Position numbers and translations under genes: made by a program. This document shows, piece by piece, positions 8,671 through 18,392 of a stretch of 29,929 nt of DNA (positions are counted from its first letter, which is position 1; the number at the start of each line of letters is the position of its first letter). The stretch is from Candidatus Zixiibacteriota bacterium (lineage in GTDB: Bacteria; Zixibacteria; MSB-5A5; CAIYYT01), in contig JBECKX010000022.1 of assembly GCA_040235515.1 (NCBI GenBank), positions 1 through 29,929 of the forward strand, in the 5' to 3' direction. The notes under the pieces were generated by a model. That model made no database searches. It saw nothing but the letters and a program-made list of their open reading frames with translations, and was not told where the DNA came from.

Positions 8671-9462
8671 TTACGACGCTACCGCTACCTCCACCACCTC
8701 AGTAACGCTATCCGCTGTATACTCACACAATCTCACATTCCCCAGCAGGTCGATCGTGACGAACGTCGGTGCATGCTTGCCGGTCCAGCACCCGGTGTTG
8801 TAGTAGGTCATGTTCCACTGCGGGAAATCAATCACTTCCGACAGATGCGTGTGCCCGCAGAAGGTGTAGTCAATCCGCTGCTTTCTCGAGCGCGCATAGC
8901 GGGATATCCCTTCAGCGACGGCGTGGTTGATGCGCAACCATTGCTTGCTCTTGTCCTTCACGAAGCGGCTCACGCGCTGGTTGGGGCCATCGAGTTGCTG
9001 GATAACATCATACATCCAGCTCGGAACCTTGCTGATGTTGGGATACTTGATGATCCACTTGTCGAATTGCTGACCATGCATCGCCAGGTTGCGCTTCCCG
9101 TTCACCACCCACTCGTATTCCTCATGCACGGTGATCCCGACCAGGCTCGCCATCATCTCCACCAGCAGTTCATCGTGATTACCGAGCACCCAGACTACTT
9201 CGGCGTTGCTCTCCTCGTCCGTGATCTCGCGGAAAATGCTGACCAGTTGCCACGCGTGCTTCTTCAGACGATGGAAATTCATGTCGTCGAAGATGTCGCC
9301 CAGCAGGATCAGTCGGTCAAACGCCCATTCATGCTTGCCGAGTCGATACGACTCGATCAGTCTCAGACATTCCTTGGCTCGACTCACCCGTGAGCCAAGG
9401 TGGATATCGGATACAATCAGAGTATTGATGCGCTCTGGGCGCATTGAAAATCGGTTAATCAT
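8671..9462 (-). CDS. Calcineurin-like metallophosphoesterase, LpxH/PlcP-like family
   Basis: All five motifs present: SDIHLG, LLGDIFD, GNHD, HG and GHTH, plus YYNTGCW. The substrate cannot be assigned from sequence alone. Confidence 0.85.
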   Translation of the reverse strand: MINRFSMRPERINTLIVSDIHLGSRVSRAKECLRLIESYRLGKHEWAFDRLILLGDIFDDMNFHRLKKHAWQLVSIFREITDEESNAEVVWVLGNHDELLVEMMASLVGITVHEEYEWVVNGKRNLAMHGQQFDKWIIKYPNISKVPSWMYDVIQQLDGPNQRVSRFVKDKSKQWLRINHAVAEGISRYARSRKQRIDYTFCGHTHLSEVIDFPQWNMTYYNTGCWTGKHAPTFVTIDLLGNVRLCEYTADSVTEVVEVAVAS

Positions 9463-9501
9463 GAACCTACTCCCAAAAGCATTCGGATAAAGATCATCAC
9501 C

Positions 9502-9529
9502 ATTATACGAGCGATAGAACCGCGCACAA
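9502..9529 (-). promoter_or_regulatory. Putative promoter of the metallophosphoesterase
   Basis: Minus-strand TTGTGC-N16-TATAAT, about 40 bp upstream of the ATG. Confidence 0.45.
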
Positions 9530-9625
9530 ATTAAGAGTGGGTTAGTTTTGTGAAAGGAAAGGGCTAGGCCGTAAGTCGGCGTAAGCTGCTGTGCTGTATT
9601 GGCGTAAAGTAGACGGACTGAGTGA

Positions 9626-11311
9626 TTACTCGGAATTCATGAACCACTCAGGCGCCAGGCGCTGTGTGATCGTCACAATCTCCCGGTCGGCTGGTTCCAA
9701 CGCACCGCGCTCGATCAGAGCATCAAGCGCCTTGTCCAGTACAACAGCGCGATTGTAAACCGGTATCAGGGCAGGGTAGTATTCATTGTTGAAAAACATC
9801 TGGAATTTCTCGCGCTGGCGATGGTCACTCAGCATCTCGCCGATCTTCTTTTCCAACTCCTTACCCGAGATACCCTCCAGCTCATTTTTCGGCGTTGTCA
9901 TCAAGCGCGCGGTTTTCTGATAGCTGTCGCGGCAGGTGTACTTCATCTCCCACAGATCGACCACACCGAGCGAGTTGATCACCAGCACATTCACGTAGAT
10001 ATCGCCCTTCTCTTCGTTGAATGTCACACCCTTCATTGCGGGGATGAAGTAGCTGTCGGTAATCGCACCAAATGCACTTATGCCGCCGGCGAACGGGTCT
10101 TCAACGATATCATCAACCGTGAAGTAAGGTTTGCGCTGGAAACGAGCATCCTGGATCAACATGAACTCTTCGTCATTGAAGTGGAAGCGTTCTCGCCACA
10201 GCTGTTCCGCGGAAACATCTTTGCGCGTCAGCGACGACTGGCTGGTGAGCATTCCAATCGCCTGGCCGCCGCGCCAGGTCAGGGGAAGTACGCCAACCGC
10301 CCATTCGGCCGAGCCGCCGATCTCCCCGCACATCGAACTCAAGCCGCGCTTGTCGGGGAACTCAAGCCCTTCCAGTCCCATCACCAACGCGGGCATCAGG
10401 TCGCCATCCTTGTCGTATGGCGTCGCCATTCCCGCCTTGTTGAGCGTGTCCATCGGCGGATAGTGACGTTTACGGTCGAGGAAATAGACGCTCAAATCCT
10501 CGACCCGCTTCAGTCCATAAGCCTTCGCAATGATCTCCGCCGCCTCGAGCGTATCTGTCTCACGCGGGTTGAATTCCTCAAAGAACGCACCCGAGAGCCA
10601 GCGCTGGACATAGGTGTCGGGCAGGTGACGTTTAATCCCCGATTCCGTCAGCATCAACGCGGTAAAACTCGAGTGGCTGCCCTCAACCGACTTGGTGGTG
10701 CCATCGATGACATCATTACCCATCGAGAGCAACGTCACATTGTTGGTGCGGTGCAGGCCGTAGGTTGCCTTGTGTTCCTCCTTGCCGAACAGCGCCCCGA
10801 CAGCGATCGTCGGGTTTCCACCCGCCTCCAGACCTGGCTTTACGCGAACTCCCTCCGTGATCGCCGACTCGATTATCACTTCCTCGCCAACCGGCAGGGT
10901 GTCAGTCGTCACCTGCAGCACGTCACCCATCACCTGTGCCGCCGTCCGGTCGTTAGCGCGCTTCAGGGCATTCTTGTTCTCTTTGGTGCGCTCGCTTTCC
11001 GGCAGCCTCATGTAGGCGCCGCGACCATGCATCGAAACGGCGATCGCCGACATCGCCGCAGACAGGATCACCGATTGCCGCACCTGTCTGTTTCTCAACG
11101 CCCCGAGGTTGGAATTGTAGTTCAGCTTGTCGCAATAGTTCCAGATGGTGCATGATTCAAGATCAAGTTCGTAATTCTTCAGGACCGCTTTGTGACGATG
11201 ATTGAATTCGATAATCCGGTCTTCGTCAAACCTGAATTCCGCAGGCTTGCGTGTGAATGTCAGGCGTTGATCGGCTATGTTGTAGCGTAGCTTGTTGTCA
11301 GCATTCTCCAT
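9626..11311 (-). CDS. Divergent, extended class II fructose-1,6-bisphosphatase (GlpX-like)
   Basis: Motif order matches GlpX: ITEG (cf. IGEG), DVIDGT (DPIEGT), PDTY (PDMY), LDRKRH (LDRPRH), DGDL (DGDV), IGGSAE (IGGAPE), GAITD (TGITD). At 561 aa it is much longer than typical GlpX. Confidence 0.75.
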   Translation of the reverse strand: MENADNKLRYNIADQRLTFTRKPAEFRFDEDRIIEFNHRHKAVLKNYELDLESCTIWNYCDKLNYNSNLGALRNRQVRQSVILSAAMSAIAVSMHGRGAYMRLPESERTKENKNALKRANDRTAAQVMGDVLQVTTDTLPVGEEVIIESAITEGVRVKPGLEAGGNPTIAVGALFGKEEHKATYGLHRTNNVTLLSMGNDVIDGTTKSVEGSHSSFTALMLTESGIKRHLPDTYVQRWLSGAFFEEFNPRETDTLEAAEIIAKAYGLKRVEDLSVYFLDRKRHYPPMDTLNKAGMATPYDKDGDLMPALVMGLEGLEFPDKRGLSSMCGEIGGSAEWAVGVLPLTWRGGQAIGMLTSQSSLTRKDVSAEQLWRERFHFNDEEFMLIQDARFQRKPYFTVDDIVEDPFAGGISAFGAITDSYFIPAMKGVTFNEEKGDIYVNVLVINSLGVVDLWEMKYTCRDSYQKTARLMTTPKNELEGISGKELEKKIGEMLSDHRQREKFQMFFNNEYYPALIPVYNRAVVLDKALDALIERGALEPADREIVTITQRLAPEWFMNSE

Positions 11312-11356
11312 CTTACACCACTCTTCCCATCATCAGGTGAGATTAAAGTAGATCAC

Positions 11357-11384
11357 ATGATACAATTTCCGTCACGCCAATCAA
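11357..11384 (-). promoter_or_regulatory. Putative promoter of the glpX-like gene, overlapping the aspA stop codon
   Basis: Minus-strand TTGATT-N16-TATCAT. Confidence 0.5.
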
Positions 11385-13255
11385 GACTTATCTCCGTGCG
11401 GTTGTTGTACCATATTTTCCGGGCTCAGGAGCCTGTCCAGATCATACTTCGACATCAAATTCTTCTCGAGAACCAGCTCATAAACGCTCCGGTTCTTCTC
11501 CAGCGCCTCCTTGGCTACCTGCGAGGCCTTCTCGTATCCCAGTTGCGGGCTCAGCGCCGTCACCAACCCGATGCTGTTGTAGACCAGGTCGCGGCAATGC
11601 TCCACATTGGCCGTGATCCCGTCCACGCAGCGGTACTTCAGCGTCGACATCCCGTTCTTCAGAACCTCGATCGACTCAAACAGGCTGTGCGCAATGATCG
11701 GCTCCATCACGTTCAGTTGCAATTGGCCCGCCTCGGCAGCCAGCGTTACGGTCAGGTCGTTTCCGATCACCTGGAACGCAATCTGGTTCACCACCTCCGG
11801 AATCACCGGGTTGACCTTGCCCGGCATGATCGATGACCCCGGCTGCATCGGCGGTAGGTTGATTTCGTTCAACCCCGCCCGCGGCCCCGACGACAACAGT
11901 CGCAAATCACTCGCAATCTTCGACAGCTTGATCGCCAGCCGCTTCACCGCCGAGGAGTACATCACGAAGGCCCCCGTATCCTGCGTCGCCTCAACCAGGT
12001 TCTTCGCCAGAATGATCGGCAGCCCGGTTATCTGCCGCAGGTGGTAAACCACGCGCTTGGTGTATTCCGCATCGGCATTGATCCCCGTGCCGATCGCCGT
12101 TCCCCCCAGGTTGACCTCGAGAAACAAGTTTACGTTCTGCTGCAGCCGATCGATCTCCTCTTCAAGCGTTACCGCGTATGCCTCAAACTCCTGTCCCAGG
12201 GTCATCGGTACGGCATCCTGAAGCTGGGTGCGGCCCATCTTGATGACATCCCGAAACTCTTCAGCCTTCGCGTGGAACGAGTCGATCAGGTTCGTCAACA
12301 CCTTGACCAGGCCGCGGTTCGCCAGGATCAGCGCAATTTTCAGCGCGCTCGGGTAAACATCATTGGTCGACTGGCTCAGGTTCACATGATTATTGGGATG
12401 GCAATACTCATACTCCCCCCTCTGGTGGCCCAGTATCTCGAGCGCCCGGTTCGCGATCACCTCGTTCGCATTCATATTGGTGGAGGTTCCCGCGCCACCC
12501 TGGATTACGTCAACGACGAATTGCGTGTGCCAGCGACCATTGATGATCTCCGCGCACGCCTGCACGATCGCGTCCGTTATCTCTCCCGGCAAATCCCCCG
12601 TGTCGTTGTTCGCTCGCGCGCACGCCATCTTGACCATAGCCAGCGCCCGAATCAGGGTAGGCAGGCTGGCCAGCGAGATCCCGCTGATATTGAAATTCTC
12701 CAGCGCCCGGAGGGTCTGAATCCCGTAGAGATACTCCGACGGCACCTCCCGCTCACCCAGCAGATCATGCTCGGTACGAGTCCGGCCCGAGATATATTGC
12801 GCCGCAACGTTCACGACGCGCATATCGGCCTGCCGAATCCTGCGCGATATCACTCGCGCGATCCGGGAAATCAATTTCATCCCGACCGCAGGGTTTTCTT
12901 CGCACAACCCCTGGAATTGATCGCGGCTCAGCGCGAGCAGCGTCGTCGGCTGCAGGGCGCGGGCGGACGTGTTGTGCGGATAATCATCCATCAACGCGCC
13001 TTCGCCGATGAAATCAAACCGACTGAATACGGTCAGCCTGGTTTCCTCATGGTGCGGCGTCATCTTGAACAACTCCACTTCGCCGGTGAGGACGATCCAG
13101 AGGTACTTCCGTTGCGTATTCTCCTCGAAAATCAACTCGCCGGTATTGTAGCTTCGCTCCACGAATGCCTCAGCGAATGCTCGACGCTCGGACTGAAGCA
13201 GGTCCTTGAACAGCTCGATCTGTGCTATGAATTGATCTTTCTCTGCAGTCTCCAA
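11381..13255 (-). CDS. aspA: Aspartate ammonia-lyase with a fused N-terminal cyclic-nucleotide-binding (CRP-type) domain
   Basis: About aa 9-145 form a cNMP fold (LFKDL, GELIF, GEVEL, FIGEGAL). Then RTEHDLLG, YGIQTLRALENF, QGGAGTSTNMNANEVIAN, KMGRTQLQDA and the fumarase/aspartase signature GSSIMPGKVNP. TTG start with GGAG upstream. Confidence 0.9.
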   Translation of the reverse strand: METAEKDQFIAQIELFKDLLQSERRAFAEAFVERSYNTGELIFEENTQRKYLWIVLTGEVELFKMTPHHEETRLTVFSRFDFIGEGALMDDYPHNTSARALQPTTLLALSRDQFQGLCEENPAVGMKLISRIARVISRRIRQADMRVVNVAAQYISGRTRTEHDLLGEREVPSEYLYGIQTLRALENFNISGISLASLPTLIRALAMVKMACARANNDTGDLPGEITDAIVQACAEIINGRWHTQFVVDVIQGGAGTSTNMNANEVIANRALEILGHQRGEYEYCHPNNHVNLSQSTNDVYPSALKIALILANRGLVKVLTNLIDSFHAKAEEFRDVIKMGRTQLQDAVPMTLGQEFEAYAVTLEEEIDRLQQNVNLFLEVNLGGTAIGTGINADAEYTKRVVYHLRQITGLPIILAKNLVEATQDTGAFVMYSSAVKRLAIKLSKIASDLRLLSSGPRAGLNEINLPPMQPGSSIMPGKVNPVIPEVVNQIAFQVIGNDLTVTLAAEAGQLQLNVMEPIIAHSLFESIEVLKNGMSTLKYRCVDGITANVEHCRDLVYNSIGLVTALSPQLGYEKASQVAKEALEKNRSVYELVLEKNLMSKYDLDRLLSPENMVQQPHGDKS

Positions 13256-13428
13256 CAGCTTGCTCCCGGGCTAGAATTATGGAGCAATATAGTAGATTCG
13301 CGGTGCCGCGCAAATGAACTGAGACACCCCGACCCGAGGTCGGCCAACACAAGATTCTTGTTGAGTCTTGCCCAAAAATCACCGATTTTCGCACAAAAGG
13401 CAGCTAGTCGTTAAAGGAGTCAACAAGT

Positions 13429-14553
13429 ATGAGAAAACTGTCACTGCACAAGACCATTACCTTACTCCTGGCATTGGTAACTGCGACGTTGCTCAGTTGC
13501 AGTTCCAGTTCCTCAACCGATGATAACCAGCCCGCCTGTACCAGGCCACTGATGGGATTCGCATTCTATCCCGGCGTGCTACTCAGCCCCGATGCCAACA
13601 ACTACCTGACCATTTATCCCAACCACGCCGATTTGATGCTCCTCCATTTCGGTGACTCGGTGCCGTGGGAATTGCTGACACGCTGTGCCGACCTCGAAAA
13701 TTGTGCGCTCGCCGACAACGATCTCGAGGCCGCCCGCCTGGCGCTCCTCGAATTGCTTAACCAGCTCGCGCTGCACGCCACCAATTTTCCCGGTAAAGTC
13801 TATCTCTCGGTCAGCCCGCTCAACAATGATCGCGATGGCGTCGCCACCAACTGGGAGTCAGAGGCCAACCTCGGCTTCACACCGCCCGGTGATGACTTCG
13901 CCGACGACGATATCCGCGCCCTCTACCGCGCCTGGGTCAGCTTTCTCGTCGCCAAATTTAACCCCGACTACCTGTCGCAGGGCATCGAGATCAATATGTA
14001 TCTCAATGCGAATACTTCTGACTTTGCTAACCTGCTTTCCCTGATGAAGGATGTAAAAAACGACATCACTGGTGGACCGCAGGTGATCGGCCCGACGATT
14101 CAGTGGGAGTTCTACAAACGTGGCTGGGACAATCTTTCGGGATGCTGTCCGGCGCAGAAAGCACAACTCTTTACGATGATCTCCGACTGGTCCGACTATG
14201 GTGTCGGGTATGCCTTCAGCACCTATCCCGGCCTTTTCCAAACCATAGCGATAAACTACGACTTTACCACCTACGGTTTCTCGATCGGCTCCGCCCCGGT
14301 CTTCATCGCCGAATCCGGCGCCAACCCGACACAGCAGGAGACCTTGCTGACACGTCTGTTCGCAATCAAGGATGACTACAACTTGCAGGGAGTGCTCTGG
14401 TTTTTCCTCGAGGATGATGAAGCATTCTTCTCGGGCTTGCCCGATACCTACCCCTATACAGTGTTCAAGAACAACGGCCTCTTGATGGACAACGGCACGC
14501 CGAAAGCATCCTACCAGCAGTGGTTAGACAAGTTCGCCTGCGAGTTGAAGTAG
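13429..14553 (+). CDS. Lipoprotein with a probable glycoside hydrolase clan GH-A-like TIM barrel
   Basis: AAGGAG RBS. Lipobox LLSC followed by a Ser-rich linker. Candidate acid/base Glu in YLSQGIEIN, candidate nucleophile Glu in PVFIAESG, then GVLWFF and GLL..NGTPK. Confidence 0.65.
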   Translation: MRKLSLHKTITLLLALVTATLLSCSSSSSTDDNQPACTRPLMGFAFYPGVLLSPDANNYLTIYPNHADLMLLHFGDSVPWELLTRCADLENCALADNDLEAARLALLELLNQLALHATNFPGKVYLSVSPLNNDRDGVATNWESEANLGFTPPGDDFADDDIRALYRAWVSFLVAKFNPDYLSQGIEINMYLNANTSDFANLLSLMKDVKNDITGGPQVIGPTIQWEFYKRGWDNLSGCCPAQKAQLFTMISDWSDYGVGYAFSTYPGLFQTIAINYDFTTYGFSIGSAPVFIAESGANPTQQETLLTRLFAIKDDYNLQGVLWFFLEDDEAFFSGLPDTYPYTVFKNNGLLMDNGTPKASYQQWLDKFACELK

Positions 14554-14580
14554 GAGAACAGACATTACTGCCTGTCGGTC

Positions 14581-14696
14581 GTGGGGGCTCAGCATGCTGA
14601 GCCCTCTGCAAGATTTGGGGTGTGACAAGAACCCCGAATCGGCGCCAGATCGAGAGCATCTCATCCCGGACCTGACCTGGAATCCGGAGACGTCTC
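14581..14696. repeat. Cluster of REP-like palindromes
   Basis: Perfect 20-bp palindrome GGGCTCAGCATGCTGAGCCC (14585-14604). 10-bp stem GATTTGGGGT/ACCCCGAATC (14612-14640). TCATCCCGGACCTGACCTGGAATCC (14661-14685). GAGACGTCTC (14687-14696). Confidence 0.7.
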
Positions 14697-14718
14697 TAGT
14701 CGAGGTGCGTGTAGAGGA

Positions 14719-14779
14719 ATACACACCCCGTCCTCGCTTCTTGCAAGCTCGAATCGAGTCCACCCCTCTCAAGAGGGGA
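14719..14779 (+). repeat. Palindromic element, left copy
   Basis: ATACACACCCCGT-[28-nt hairpin with CTCG..CGAG stem]-CCACCCCTCTCAAGAGGGGA. The arms are identical to those of the reverse complement of 15615-15678. Confidence 0.9.
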
Positions 14780-14830
14780 ACTGCGCTACAAGCCGAGGGC
14801 GTTGATCAGCTTTCCTCAGTACATAAAGGT

Positions 14831-15544
14831 TCATCGAATTTTGTCGTGATCATTGAATCCTGGGATGTCCTGTAGCAAAGATCCCTCCGGATATATCAAG
14901 GACATCTGCTCAACCCACAGCCAATTGTTCCTGCTCAACCTTCCTTCCAAGAGACGGTCGAGTTCACTGATAGTTTCCACAACGATTTTTCGTACCAATT
15001 CAGCGTGTTCGGGGAGTAAGCTTGACGGATCTTTCGGAATTCTTGTCTGGGAATAGATGAGCTCCTTAGGCGTAATATCCAGCTGTTGGGAAATCGGACC
15101 TGGTTCAAGTGGTGAAATCAGACCCCACTGTTTCATCAAGTAGTAGGCTTTGGCATCCGACTTTGGATGCACCAAGTCGTTTCTGATCGCAATCAGTTCC
15201 TTGAATTGCTGAAGCGGTCCCCTATCGGACGAAAAATGATTTTCGCTAACAGATGACAAGAGCAGCGGAAGCATCTCCCATTTGTCCAATAGTGTGAATC
15301 CCTTTTATCTCTCAGCGATAAACTTCTTAAGATGATCGGGGAGGAATGCGGCCATGGCACGGTTAATCAGGGCCTCTGTGCTCGCAACGAACAAGACGAT
15401 TGCAGCCCGGGCGAGCCGAGATTTTTCGTAACTTTGAGATTAGTTTGGAGACATTGCCAGTCGCAGTATCAAATCTGCATCCTTATATAGCATAGCAAAA
15501 CAATTCAAGCTTACATTCTGAAAGACGAAAGTCCTCTGTAGCAT
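14831..15544 (-). pseudogene. HEPN-domain (Rx4H) putative RNase interrupted by two in-frame TAA codons
   Basis: One frame from ATG 15544: MLQRTFVF...LAMSPN*SQSYEKSRLARAAIVLFVASTEALINRAM...FIAER*KGFTLLDKWEML...FKELIAIRNDLVHPK. Stops are at 15440-15442 and 15305-15307. GGAGG lies upstream, somewhat far from the start. AT-richer than the flanking genes. The track shows only the 3' part (14831..15289). Confidence 0.75.
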
Positions 15545-15614
15545 CACTGCACACTTCTAAGTCCTCCCTCAGCCTTCAACGGATTACCTAATCACTTACT
15601 CCGCTATTACAAAC

Positions 15615-15678
15615 TCCCCTCTTGAGAGGGGTGGCTCCGATTGTTCCGCCTGCGGAACATCGGAGACGGGGTGTGTAT
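15615..15678 (-). repeat. Palindromic element, right copy (inverted relative to the left)
   Basis: On the minus strand: ATACACACCCCGT-CTCCGATGTTCCGCAGGCGGAACAATCGGAG-CCACCCCTCTCAAGAGGGGA. Confidence 0.9.
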
Positions 15679-15713
15679 CGTGACATGTCATGGAGCAACC
15701 GATACACACGCCG

Positions 15714-18275
<2,562 letters not shown>

Positions 18276-18392
18276 ATCGATTCACCTCTAACTCATCAGT
18301 CGATTCCACTGCCTAGCCCCGGATGCACTCAATTCCCTGGTGATACCAAAGTCGTGCTCCCCATCCATTTATATACTATTGGTTCCAGCTAA

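Noticed and set aside
9821..13414. Long + strand ORFs 9821..11155 and 12041..13414
   Set aside because: Antisense shadows of the glpX-like and aspA genes, expected from GC-rich codon bias. They contain no recognisable motifs.
15305..15442. TAA recoding as the explanation for the in-frame stops
   Set aside because: TAA terminates ordinary genes in this window (the gene ending at 245, clpB, purE), so the standard code applies.
14719..15678. Intact IS element or integron attC cassette
   Set aside because: The enclosed ORF is not a transposase, there is no target-site duplication, the hairpins lack RYYYAAC/GTTRRRY ends and no intI is present.
18276..18392. CIRCE operator upstream of clpB
   Set aside because: Only a partial GCACTC half-site is present, with no matching second arm at 9-bp spacing.
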